DNA of 64,000 bases from Dipteris shenzhenensis. Taxonomy: Eukaryota. The notes below the pieces were generated by a model. It did not search any database. It worked only from the letters and a program-made list of their open reading frames with translations, and was not told the origin of the DNA. Position 1 is the stretch's first letter. Every line of letters starts with the position of its first letter. Of this stretch, positions 50,790 to 64,000 are shown piece after piece. The translations under genes and the position numbers were made by a program. The stretch lies in NCBI GenBank assembly GCA_047967505.1, contig CM106538.1. One strand, written 5' to 3'.

Positions 50790-53700
50790 CATGAAGAGCC
50801 AATTGATCTAGAGGTGCCATTCTTTATGGCTGACCTCGAGTGGGATAATGAACCCGAAGAAGGTACCCATACCAATGATGGCTCATATTTTCCTTGGGAC
50901 CTTAAAACTGAGGCTGAGAATGCTAAAATTGAAGATCAAATCTTTGACAATGACCTAGCCATTCTGCATGCCCTAATGGCAGTCGAGCGCCCAAAAATTG
51001 AACCTCCAAAGTTGAATAGCAGAGCAGAAGATCCCACAAGAAAGATGGAGGGAATCACAGAAAAGCGAAGGCCAAACACTTCAATGAATTCAAATGAGTC
51101 CAAACAAGGATTGTCGAATTGTATCTTGCAAAGCCATCTCCCTCAAAATCAGAACCACCACCTCTTGAATGGTCCCCTGAGGGACTGGAAGGAGTATGCG
51201 AAGCAAATGAACCCTTACTTGGGAACACCTTACTAGTGGAAAAGTTACCCCACTATTCCCAACATAAGAAGTTTTGAAAGTATAAGCCACATGTGCAGAT
51301 GAAGCTCGATCAAAAGACTTCAGAAAAAGAAACTCAAAAAGAGCCTAACAAATTGGTAAATAAGAGTATGCCACCTAGTACACATGGCACATGTCAGGCT
51401 AGTTCAACACCATCAGAGGCCGATCTTTGAGAAGTGCCAGAGTACTTCAAGATTTACACAAGTGGCAGTGTCCCCATAGCAATGCCAAGACCACTAAGAG
51501 AATCTGAAGTTCAAGAAATCGACAGCATTGGAGAAACTCCAATCTATGAGGGACTGGAATAAAAATTGGCTTTCATTGGGAAACAACTTACACAGGAAGA
51601 TGAAACCAAACTCAAAGCACTCCTAATGGAATACCGTGACTGCCTAGCATGGTAATACAAAGAGATGAAAGGAATTTCACCAGACGTGGCAATACACATG
51701 ATACCTATAAGGGAAGGTGCCCACCCTAAGGTATGTGGACCTTATCGCATGAATCCTAAGTATGGCACCATGGTTTATGACTATCTATAAAAACTCTTAG
51801 ATGTCGGATTCATCCATGAGATAGAGCACACTGATTGGGTTTCACCCATTGTCATTGTGCCTAAACACAACAAGAAGCTCAGAATATGCATAAACTTAAA
51901 GAATGTAAATGCCACCACAATTAGGGATCACTATCCCCTACCCTTAACAAAAACAGTACTGGAAAACGTGGCAGGTTTCGAAATATATAGCTTCTTGGAT
52001 GGCTTCAATGGCTATAACCAAGTGCTAATTGCTCCTAAAGACCAATCAAAAACAGCATTTTCTATAGAATGGGGTATTTTTACATATAGAGTCATGCCAT
52101 TCGGCCTTTGTAATGCCCCAACCACATTCCAGTGAGTCATATTCATAGCTTTCAAGTCATTTTTGAATAAGTTTTTACAGGTGTTCTTGGATGATTTGTG
52201 CATCCACTCTGACAAAAAAGATGACTTCCAATGTCTTGAAGCAATACTAATCAAATGCAAGGAGTATGGCATCTCCTTAAATCCAACAAAATGCCAGTTC
52301 ATGGTCACGCACGGAGTTGTTTTGGGACACATCGTTTCTCAACATGGGATTGCAACTGACATGGACAAAATCAAAGTCATCATGGAATTGCCTCCTCCTA
52401 CAAATTCCAAAGGTGTACAGGTCTTTATGGGACATGCCGGCTATTATCGAAGATTTATCTTGTAGTATGCCATGATAGCCATACCACTTTACAAATTATT
52501 AGTGGGATTCGTATGGATAGAAGAGTGGAACCAAGCCTTTGAGCTTTTAAAGTGGTGCCTAATGACAGCACCCATCCTAATATCTCCTAATTGGGATATT
52601 GATTTTCATGTTCATAGTGATGGATCCAAGTATGCAATTGGGAGTGTGCCTTGTCAACCTGGTGAACATAAGAAAGACTATCCATTTTACTTTGCCAGCC
52701 AACAACTCAATGATGCAGAGGTCAACTATACCACCACAGAAAGAGAAGCCGTAGCAATTGTATATAGTGCTAAGAAATTTCGGCACTATCTACTGGCAAA
52801 TGATTTTGTCTTCTACACCGACCATCAAGCATCGCTTTATCTTGTGAACCGTCCATGTACAACAAGAAGAGTAACCAGATGGATCCTCTCATTTGAAGAA
52901 TTCAAGTTCAAAATAGTGGTCCGCAAAGGTGCCCAACACTACATTGCCGATCACATGTCTCGTGTCAAGTCGAGAGAAGAAGCCACTGGAGTAGAAGATG
53001 ACTTTCCAGATGCCACACTATTTCAAATAGATGATGTTCCAGAGTGGTGTGGAGATATCATTAGGTACTTAATGGCAGGAATACCACCCCCTGAAATGAA
53101 AGCAGTAGATGCCAGAAAACTAATTTTAAAGGCTCCACCCTATCAACTCATTAGAGAACAACTGTACAAGATGGGCAAGGACCAGGTATTAAGAAGATGT
53201 GTAATGCCTCAAGAGATCATGCCAATCCTGAGTGAAGTCCATCAAGGCATTGTAGGAGGACACTTCTAAGGGGAAGCCATAGCAAGAAAAGTCCTCCTCA
53301 TAGGCTACTGGTGGCCAACACTTTGGGCAGATGCCTATGAATATGTAAAAGGCTGTGATGTATGCCAACGGACTACTAAACCACAAAACAGAGACTTCAA
53401 TCCCCTAACAATAGTTGTTGCACTAAACCATTTGAACAATGGGGGATTGACTATGTGGGTCCCATCCATCCAGTAGAGTAAAGGGAACACAGGCACGCTA
53501 CATCATTGTGGCCACTGATTACTTTACAAAAATGGGCTGAAGCTAAAGCAATTAGAAAGGCAGATGCCAAAAGCATAGCAAGATTCTTATACAAGAATGT
53601 GATCACCCGATTCAGATGCCCCATTGAAATTATATTGGATAGAGGCACACATTTTGTCAATGAGGTAATCCAAGAACTCTTGTCTGGCTTTATGATAATC

Positions 53701-54290
53701 CACAGAAAAAGCACACCCTACTATCCCAAGGGAATGGACAGGCCAAATCCACCAACAAAATATTATGCATTATCCTCACCAAGGTAGTAGAATCACAACA
53801 TACTGATTGGGAAGAAAAACTAAATGCAGCCTTATGGGCATACTGAACCACACTCAAGGTCAGTACAGGGAACATGCCTTTTCAATTGGCGTACCACCTT
53901 GAAGCTATGGTCCCACTAGAATTTGCAATACCAAGCGTATGCATAGCAGTATAGGAATGCATGGGAGATCATGAATCCTTGAAAGAAAGACTCTATCAAC
54001 CGGAGAAGCATACAAAGACAAGACCAGTCACCTACCATGCCATGACAAATGAAAGCCACAAAAGAAAGGCATGGTTTGATAGAAATCTTAAAGCGAAAGA
54101 CATCAAGGAAGGTGACTTGGTCTTGTTATACAATTTACAATTCCAAAGTACACAAGGGGAAACTGAAGTATCTAGGTCAAGGACCCTACCGAGTAAGAAA
54201 GATGAAACCCATTAGATCTATGCTACTAGAAACATTGGATGGAGTCCAATTCAACACAACAATAAACGAGAGCTGACTAAAGCACTACTA
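50790..54290 (+). mobile_element. Degenerate Ty3/gypsy pol (RT-RNase H-integrase)
   Basis: WVSPIVIVPK, SFLDGFNGYNQV, VMPFGLCNAP, VFLDDL; RH FHVHSDGS / NYTTTEREA; INT zinc finger H..G.HF..GYWWP..C..CQ and IILDRGTHF; GPY motif near 54185. Many stops and frameshifts. Confidence 0.92.
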
Positions 54291-55238
54291 CTTCAATACG
54301 CAAGCCATCCCCAATAAAAACAAACATTTGGGAAACCCAAGTCTTCCTTATTTAGGATTAGATTGTATCATGAGCACTCACTTGCATATGTAGTCTTCGC
54401 ACATATAGGTAGCATCAATTGATTTCAACCTAGGGCTCAGAAGTGATGCCTGAGTTCTAGCTGTCCTATGAAATCCCAACAAAAAAAATATTCATATAGT
54501 TAGTCCATAACTGGCTACTAGGTCACGTGCACTCACACGCTTTCACTTAGACACATAATCGATTGCATAAATAATTGTGCCATACACTTTCATTCCACAC
54601 TCTCAAAGCATGTGTAAAAATAAGATCTCTGACAAACACACACAAATGTCATACATGCATGCCAACTAATATAATGATCAATAGTACTCCATATGCACAT
54701 GGATGCAGGTTCAAAAAAAATGCCACCACTAAAGAGGATGCACAGAAAATGTCCTCCAAAGTTTGTAGCCATCTACATCCTCTCAACCATGATGACCACA
54801 GGCATTTGTGGTCCATAGCGATAGCTCTGAGGAGGATTCAATGCATGACCAAGAAGAACAAATGCCACCCCAGTCATCATTGGCCTACACAACCATTAAC
54901 GGGGCTCAGTCATTGGAACTTGTGTGGCCACCTACATTGACTTATGCTCTTCCCAAGGCAACAACACCTTACTTGGAGCAAAAGGGTTTGGGCTGTTTGT
55001 ATGAGAGCCTAAAATCCTTGGAGGACAGTCCTACAATGATGACATACATCAGGGACTTTCTCCATTCTTACCACTCCAGCAATGCAAAGGTTGGCAAGTA
55101 CAGTACCATCACTGTACATCAGAACCCACTTAACATTAACCTCGATAATACAGTCATTCAAAGGGCCTTCTCACTCCTAACACAACGTGCCAAACACCCT
55201 ATATGGCTTGTTGATGCTAAATTTCTGAAAGTACAGCC

Positions 55239-58200
55239 TGTTAGATATCAATGCTCCACTCTCATGTAACTACGCGGGAACCAGCTAACTCTACTTGTAA
55301 GCCCCCCATATGAGGAGAAGGCATTTGAGTAGCTCGGTTATCCAGTAGGTCTTGGTTTACACCAGATGGGGGCCATGTGTGGCCTGATGGCTCGACGGCT
55401 TCAGATAGAGTTGGTACACTGCCAATTAGGCTACATGCAAGTGCGGGAAGGCATCCCATGATTGACCGCATTGAGGGTAGACGGAGCATTTCCCAGGGCA
55501 ACCCACTCTCAGGTTGCAGGGCCCATTTGGAGTCCTAGATGATCTTGGATGGCTGTGGGCCGAACCATAGGTTAGTTGCTCTATTTTGTGCATCGGTTCT
55601 ATCGTGTGGTTGGTGGCCTATTTCAAGACCGACCTCCAGTCGACCATTTTGGGTGGACTGGGTCGATCACCCAATTGAGCCTAACTGACTATGACTGGTG
55701 GCTATATAAGAGTGAGCCCGTGAAGCCCATTTCATCATTGGCTATAGCAACCCTGATTCCTTAGCATCCAGCCTCCGTCCTCTACTATTTCTAGCTCACC
55801 ATCGAAGCTTCTTTCATAGGAGCGCACGGTTGGGAGGCAGCACCATCTATTGTATCAATTCTACAGTAATCAAATTTTTGATTCTCCATACTATCTATTT
55901 TTCTCTCTTGCATACGAGATCCTGTTATCTGTTGAACACAGACATTGCATTATTTTCTTACATGGTATTAGAGCTTGGACTCTAGCAAGAAGATTTGGTA
56001 GTGTGTTTCTTTTTGTGAGCAAATTGTGAGAGATGGCCCAGCCCGCAAGTCTGCGAATCCCACCGTTCAGCGAAAGAGGAAAGTTGGACGGCTCTAACTA
56101 TCCACTCTGGAAGTTCAAGATGAAGACCATCCTAAGCACATACAATCTTTGGGACACTGCTACTAGGGTGGATGTGAGGTCGGTTGCGAGACCGGATCCA
56201 GCCAATGCAAGACAACAGATAGTACCAACTGTGGATCAGATTCACACATGGACAAGAAGAAATGCAGATGCACTGTGTTCTATTATCTGCAGTGTAAGTG
56301 ATTCCATCATGGCATTAATTCAACATGTTACTATAGCGGAGGAGGCATGGATGATCTTGAAAAATCAGTATGAGACCAGGAATCTGGAGACTCAACTTGC
56401 GAATGAGAAACTGTCTAAGTGTGAAGCAACAGAGAAGCTCATCACCATGGTGAAGAATCTGTGCGATCAGATGACTGCGATTGGCATCACCATCACCAGT
56501 GAGAATCTAGCACGAAGGTGCATACGGATTCTACCACCAAAGTACGACGGTCTTGTTATGGCATTCAATATGCAGAATAGAAATTCACCTCTCAACTTTG
56601 AGGATTTTAGTGTGGTGCGATGCTTCTAGAGGAGGAGATGCATCAAAAGATGAGGACTGCGGCTTTCTGGACTGGATCAAAGAAAGGTAAGCGTAAGGAC
56701 TCTGGTAACCCATCTTCTTCTGATGATAAAAAGAGAAAGAAGAAGATCAAGTGCTTCTATTGCAACAAGGCAGGGCACAAGCAGAATGAGTGCTACAAAA
56801 AGATTGCAGATGAGAAGAACGGAATGAGAAGAACGGAGTAAAGAAAGAGTCTAGCAACAGCATGCAGGCAGTACCAATAGAGCTGTTCATAGCAATTGAG
56901 GAGATTTGCATGAATGCAGTTCATGTACCTGCAGATGAATCTTGGATTATTGACAGTGGTGCATCGCACCACATGACCAGTCAGAAGGATTGGTATACCT
57001 CTCTACAGCCGATAGGGAATGACATCCTGGTAGCAGTCAGCAATGATGCAAAATGAAAGGAAAAGGTACGATTGCTCTCAAGTCAAATGGAGTTGTAAAA
57101 TAGTTGTCCGATGTTCTTTATGTGCCAGATATCAAGAGAAACTTGTTGTCCGTTTCTGCAATCACGAATCGGGACCTCAAAGTTCAATTCCATAAGAATG
57201 GTGCACAGATTCTGGATCTTCAAGGGAAGGTCATTGGTAAAGGTACACAATGCAACAACATCTAGAACTCTCAACTTTTAGTGCTCAAGCCAATGTGAAG
57301 AACACTAAGCTGTGGCATGAGAGGTTTGGTCATCTAAACCTCAGTTCTTTGAAGGAGATGTATAAAAGTGGAATGATTGCAGACCTACCAGAAATTTCAG
57401 ATCTGCCCGATGTATGTGAAGCTTGCATGATGGGCAAGTAGCATCGGCATCCCTTTCCTAAAGAGGCTAGTAGGGCAAAGGCTCCTCTAGAGCTCATTCA
57501 CACGGACCTCTGCGGAAAGATGGAGATGGAAGCTTTGGGTGGTTCCTACTACTTTATGACGTTGATCGATGACTACAGTAGAAGGATATGGATATATTTC
57601 CTGAAGACTAAATACAAGGCTTTTAGTAGGTTCAAGGAATGGCATGTAATGGTCGAGAAAGAATCGGGGAGGAAGGTGAAGAAATTGAGATCAGACAGAG
57701 GTGGAGAGTTCACATCGACTGAATTCAAAAGTTACTGCAAAAGTCACAGGATCAAGAGGTAGAAACCCTCACCACATACATCACAGCGAAATGGAGTAGC
57801 AAAACACAAGATGCGCGTCATCTGGGAAATGGGCCGGAGTATGATGAAAGGGAAAGATTTGCCAAAGACTTTCTGGGCTGAAGCATGTAACACTGTAGTT
57901 TACATTCTCAATTGTAGCTACACGAAGACTGTGAATGGGGGATGACTCCACTGCATGCCTTTTTTGGTAAGAAACCTTCAGCTGCACATTTCAGAGTTTT
58001 TGGATGTGATTGTTTTGTGCATGTCCCTAATGCTACCAAGACCAAATGGGAACCGAAGAGCCGGAAGTGTATTTTCTTGGGCTACAGTGAAGAGGCGAAG
58101 GGTTACCATCTCTATAACCCTGTTACCAAGAAGGTAATAGTAAGTCATGATGTGGTCTTCTCAAAATAGCCGCATCAATTGGAGGAGGATGCTTCCTTCC

Positions 58201-60750
58201 CAGACAACCAGGACCAGGATATCCATCGAGTACCACCACCAACAGCAGACCAAACTCCCCCAATGGTGCTTGGGAGGATTGAAGATAAAGAAGATGAAGA
58301 AGAGCCTACAGAACCACAATGGCAACGGCCATTCCCGAAGTGGGTAAAGTAGCTTTTGGATAGCAGAGAACCTCCAGCCATTGAGGAGGAACCATCTGGT
58401 CCAAGAGATTAGAGGAGCAAAGAAGGGCACAGGAACACTTGGTCAACTATGCCTTGATGATAGAGGTGATCCATGCTGATGAACCCAAGTGTCTTGAAGA
58501 GGCATAGGGTGATGATAGGTGGATGGAGGCTATGCAGTCGGAGTATGGCTCCATAATGAAGAACAACACTTGGGACCTTGTGGATCGTCCACCAAAACGC
58601 AAGGTAATCGGCACCAAGTGGGTGTACAAGACCAAGTACAAGTCCGATGGCACGTTGGATAAGTACAAGGCTCGGCTCATGGCAAAAGGATTCACACAAG
58701 TACATGGTTTTGATTATCAAGATACTTTTGCTCCCATAGCTCGACTAACCACAATTCGCAGTGTTTTGTCTTTAGCTGCCCAGGGAAGTTGGCCAGTGTT
58801 TCAGATGGATGTAAAATCCGCCTTTCTGAATGGGGATCTCAAGGAGGAGGTATACATGGAACAACCACTAGGTTTTGTGATCCCCGGTTCAAAAGGTAAA
58901 GTCTGTAAACTGAAGAAGGCAGTTTACGGGCTGAAACAGGCCCCACGAGCATCATACCAGCGAATTGATGCCTACTTTTTGCAAAACAGGTTCAGGAGGA
59001 GCCCATCAGATGCAAAGTTTTATATCTTTAGAGAAGGAGGTAGGTGTATGATCATGGTCCTTTATGTGGATGACCTTGTCATAACAGGGAACCATGAAGA
59101 GAAGATCTCGTAGACAAAGCATTTGCTAGGAAGAGAGTTTGAAATGACAAACCTCGGACTGATGCATTTCTGTTTGGGGATTGAAGTTTGGTAGGAGCCG
59201 AAACAGATCTTCATTTCACAGCTGAAGTATGCTGGAGAGATACTGAAGGCATTTGGCATGGCCGAGTGCAAGATAGTTGGTACCTCTATGGAGGTTGATG
59301 TGAAGCTCTCAAACGAGGATTCATCACCACTGGTGGACGAAGCGAAGTACAGAAGACTTGTGGGCAGTTTGATTTACCTATGCAACACGTAGCCGAACAT
59401 CAGTTTTGCAACTGGTGTACTAAGCAGGATTTCCAATAAGCCCTGGGAGAACCATTGGAGGACAGGGACGCGGGTGTTGAAATACATCAAAGGCACACTT
59501 GATTATGGCATCACCTATACCAAGGGAAACATCTTGATCAGATTCTGTGACTCGAATTGGGTAGGAGACGTGGACAGCAGGAGATCAGTGATAGGTTACT
59601 ATTTCTCACTTGGATCTGGAGCTGTGTCATGGGTCAGCAAGAAGCAACCTACAGTTGCTCTTTCTTCTACCGAGGCTGAGTACAAATCTGCATGCTTTAC
59701 TTCTTGCAAGGCAGTGTGGTTGAGGAGGATTTTGGGGGACATGGGTGTAGTGCAGAACAAGCCTGCGGAGTTATGTGACAATCAGAGTTGCATGGTGATT
59801 GCAAAGAACCCTGTGTTCCACGCTCTCACAAAACGCATTGAGATTCAATATCACTTTGTATGCGAGCTCATCATGGATGGAGAGGTCAACTTGGTGTACT
59901 GTTCGACTACAGAGAATGCTGCAGACATCTTCATGAAGGCTATTGGAAGAGACTTGCTGGAGAGGCATCTTCATCGACCTGGCATTGGGTTGAAAAAGTA
60001 AGTTCACTTGCGGGTGGACATTGAGGGGGGGTGTTAGATATCAATGCTCCACTCTCATGTAACTATGCGGGAAACTGCTAACTCTACTTGTAAGCCCCCC
60101 ATATGAGGAGAAGGCATTTGAGTAGCTCGGTTATCTGGTAGGTCCTGGTTTACACCAGATGGGGACCATGTGTGGCTTGATGGCTGGATGGCTTCAAATA
60201 GAGTTGGTACACTGCCAACTAGGCTACATGCAAGTGCGGGAAGGCATCCGACCGCATTGAGGGTAGACGGAGAATTTCCCGGGTCAATCGACTCTCGGGT
60301 TGCGGGGCCTGTTTGGAGTCCCAGATGATGGCAGATGGCTATGGGCCGTGAACTGTAGGTCAGTTGCTCTATTTTGTGCACCGGTTCTATCATGTGGTCG
60401 GTGGCCTATTTTGGGACTGACCTCCAGTCGACTGTTTTGGGCAAACTGGGTCGGTCACCCGATTGAGCCTAACTGACTATGACTGGTGGCTATATAAAAG
60501 CGAGCCCGTGAAGCCCATTTCATCACTAGCTATAGCAACCCTGATTCCTTAGCATCCAGCCTCCGTCCTTTACTGTTTCCAGCTCACCATCGAAGCTTCT
60601 TTCACAAGAGCGCACGGTTGGGAGGCAGCGCCATCTATTGTATCAGTTCTACAGTAATCAAATTTTTTATTCTCCATACTATTTGTTTTTCTCTCTTGCG
60701 TATGAGATCCTATTATCTGTTGAACACGGACATCGTATTATTTTCTTACA
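55239..60750 (+). mobile_element. Full-length Ty1/copia LTR retrotransposon (second family, about 720-bp LTRs), inactivated, nested in the gypsy
   Basis: LTRs 55239-55962 and 60032-60750, TSD CAGCC (55234-55238 / 60751-60755), PBS tggtattagagc 55963-55974, G-rich PPT 60023-60031. Confidence 0.96.
56033..60001 (+). pseudogene. Copia gag-pol polyprotein with numerous stops
   Basis: KLDGSNYPLWK, CFYCNKAGHKQNEC, WIIDSGASHHM, LWHERFGH, LRSDRGGEF, YKARLMAKGF, LYVDDL, ALSSTEAEY. Confidence 0.92.
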
Positions 60751-63574
60751 CAGCCTCTCCTCGCCAAGGGCACACTATTCCATAGGGATGGCACCATCCT
60801 TAACCCTCACCTCAAGGAAGCAGCACAATTCCTATCCATAATCTTGGGGGTTATGTCCGGTAAGAATCGATCCCTTCCACTCCGCACATTTGTTTTGCTA
60901 AGGTAGGAAACTAAAGCAAGACTGGATCCAATACTTACTCATCTTCTTCACAAAAAAACTAGATGGTTCATCAGGCCAAAAATGTAAAATTCCACACTTA
61001 TTGTCTATAATCATCAAAAAAGAGCTACAGTAATGAGAAATGACTCTGCCCCAGTCACCAAAACCAATTGAGGAGTTGGACAATCCCTTCTCACCAGTAT
61101 GCCATCACATTGGCAAATGTAGATACCTCAGAAGAAATGCCTATTCTGGAGGTCAAAATTGAGGAATTGCCCCACGAGATGCTACATCTTGGTGCACAAT
61201 TGCAACCAATATATCTCCAACAACAGCAGCAACCAGAGCCTGAGGCAAGATCGGCACTAGAGCCTAAGGCAAGATTGGCACTATAGCCTGAGGCTACAGC
61301 CTGAGGCTACATCAGCACCAACACCACCCACTGATGCCATGCAATTCCATGAGCCATAAGGGGAGTTAGTGCAAGATCAATAGTATCACTATTGTACTCA
61401 AGCGAACTGAAATACCATTCGAATAACCCCCCACAAGTACTACATAATCATCAGGATGGCTACATGGGCACCACTTGTATCATCAGTATCGCCACTCCTC
61501 ATCACCGTCTATCATTCTCCAACATCAAGCTAGCCAAATGATCCCACTAGCTTGGCCAAGGAATAATATGCAAGAGAATTGGACAAATAGACTGCAATAG
61601 AAATTGAAGACCAATTCTAGGCAATCGCCATAGAGGTCAAGGCACTTTGGGTACAAATAGATGATAAGGAGGTAGAAAATGTGTGCATGAACCAAGCTCT
61701 CCAAGCTCAATAGAAGGCACTGGAGGGATGTGACCTCCAACCTCCACCAAAGCCAAACACAGCTGATAGCAACAGTACAAGCAACATCAATCCTACAGAC
61801 CTACTATAACTCCTTGACCTCCGCACATGCTCAACAAATGGAGGCACTGGCACAAGCTCGACTTACTCTAATTCACAAAGAAGAAGAGCTCCAGGATTGC
61901 AAAGACAAGCTTGAAGACATGAAACAGTCTTTGGTGGTACATGCCTTCAGCATTGACGAGCTTACAAGGGAATGCAGAATCTTAAAGGACCAACTTGCTG
62001 CCGCTAAAGAGGCCAGCACTTCACAAGCACATCTTGGACCAATGGTCCAATACCACTGAAGACATTCCTCAATAGGTGAAGGTCACCTTGCAAATGAGAA
62101 AGCAAAGAAAAAATGGATGAGATGCAATCCCAAAAGATAATCATCTCCAAGCTTGAACTCTAATTGCTAGTGCACAACAACAATGAGGCAATGGAAGACA
62201 ACACTAATGAAGCCCCACTACAATGCACAACAGTGGTGCACCAAGAGCTTGTGGGGCTACTCTACAAGCAGAAGATCACCTCAATACACAAATGCTTATC
62301 CAATGGAAGCAAATCCAAATCAAGATCATATTTGCTCATCCAACAATCAAGTGGGAACATTCCATAGGGACCAAAACTCTGCACATAATTTTCCAAGACT
62401 TGTCCGAAGATGAGAAAAATATCTTCTGCATGTCAACACATGCCGGGTTTATAGCACTCAGGACGGATGCTTTCATTGCATATGTATGCCTCAAGGGTAG
62501 TCCTCCCCTTAGGGTTATTGCTAGTTTGTTGCCATTGCTACAAAGGCCATCACTATTATTTGCAAGGCATGACATAACTGACATCCCACCCATGTAGCTG
62601 ATGATTCCATCGCACCAGCAAAAAGAAGGTTCAAAAGAGTGATTAAAAGAAGCGAGAAAGAAAGCAAGAGATATTCACCTCTTCTACTGAGTCCAAATCA
62701 AGCAGCCATGTGCATAGCATATCCTCCTCGAATGATTTTCCCTTCATGGGTCCATACAAAAGGGATCTAAGACAGAATTTGAGTTCAGTAAATGAAGTCA
62801 CGTAGTAATTGGCCATTGTCTTGGAGGGAAAGTGAGAGAAGGAGAGTGAGAAAGCGATAGTGAGGGATGCATAGTGAGCCAACCCTCCTTTAAGAGTGAT
62901 AGAAAGTGAGGGATTAGACAATGACATAAAGTGAAAGAAGAATACAAGTTACTGAGAAGGACTAGGAGGTAAGAAATAAGAGAGTGTTTGTGGAAGGACT
63001 AGGATGGAAGAATACAAGTTCACTAACACACGGTGTGTTTGCTATGATAAGGATAAGGGTTGGAATAAAGTGATTGAAGCATTGGGAATGCTCTACTTTA
63101 AGAGAGTGGATACGGTCCAACTGACACTTTAACCGATAGTGTGTAATGAAAGGTTTGGAATAAAATCTTGCAAAGCATTGGGAATGCTATACTTTAAGTG
63201 AGTGGAGCATTGGGAATTGATACTTTGAAGTGAAATATTACAAATAATTATTATGTTCTTCTCTTCACACATTTATTTTCAAATAATCACATCATCACAC
63301 ATTCATATCATAATTCTCATCACACATTTAATATTTCCAAATAATCACATCATCACAAATTCATATCATAAAATTGTGTGCATGAAATAAATATATAAAT
63401 ATCATGAGTAAATGCCACTTAAGTAATAAGTCACAAATTGGTGTATAATCAACAAAAACAACATCATGATTCACTACATTGCAACAAATAAATGTCAACT
63501 ATAATACTCATGGAATAAACAACATCATCAGAATATGCTCCTCATTGCATATATACAAAAACAACATCATACAT

Positions 63575-63880
63575 GCATCACAACTCTTCTGATGCTTCTA
63601 GTGGAGACTGTGGCAAGTCTTCTTATGCTTCCAATGGAGGCTATGGTGCTCTAGGTGTACACTGAGTCTCTACTTCTTCTGTAGTGTGTACTTCTTTCGT
63701 AGTGTATAGTGCTTTTAGAGAAGACTCAGTATCCTCTTCCTTAAATGCAAGCGGAGGCTGTGGCAACTCTTCTGATGCTTCCAGTGGAGGCTATGGTGCT
63801 CTAGGTGTACACTGAGTCTCTACTTCTTCTGTAGTGTGTAGTGCTTTTGGAGTAGACTCAGTCTCCTCTTCCTTAAATGC
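63575..63880. repeat. About 150-bp tandem duplication
   Basis: tgtggcaa.tcttct.atgcttcca.tggaggctatggtgctctaggtgtacactgagtctctacttcttctgtagtgtgta at about 63609 and about 63759. Confidence 0.85.
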
Positions 63881-64000
63881 AAGCTCTGATATAGCTTTAG
63901 TTGCATGTTGTATTCCAATGGTAGCAATTAGGTCTCAAATGATTTCAGCCCTAAACAATTGTATATCCTCCTCTGAATATTTGAGCTTTAAAGAATCTTC

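Larger units (their letters stand above)
54808..62600 (+). pseudogene. Extra 3' ORF region of the gypsy element (env-like/accessory position), split by the copia at 55239
   Basis: ORF 54808-55238 continues across the CAGCC TSD into 60751 onward (KVQP|LLAKG), then a Q/P-rich linker and coiled coil (ORF 61730..62059). Function unknown. Confidence 0.5.

Overview
Eukaryotic plant nuclear DNA, most likely from a non-seed land plant such as a fern. That assignment is an inference from the PLS-type PPR relic, the TE repertoire and the GA/GT microsatellites. The window is a nested transposon landscape around one intact host gene, a 6-exon glycosyltransferase family 90 (CAP10/POGLUT1-like) gene on the minus strand (25039-27255, 515 aa). 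Retroelements: three full-length but stop-riddled Ty1/copia elements with LTRs, PBS, PPT and 5-bp TSDs (8198-15110 and 35315-41226 from one family; 55239-60750 from another), a 5'-truncated minus-strand copia, a solo LTR, and a degenerate Ty3/gypsy pol followed by an extra ORF. The most notable content is two DNA-transposase relics from groups unusual for land plants. One is an intron-containing P-element-like DDE transposase (about 5940-17960, minus) whose frame can be rebuilt across a copia and a doubly nested TIR insertion. The other is a truncated Sola2-like transposase (about 32490-34612). Several non-autonomous TIR elements/MITEs, a PPR pseudogene, a SWIM-finger fragment and many tandem repeats are also present. 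No rRNA, tRNA or CRISPR was seen. All family assignments come from motif recognition by eye, not database searches.
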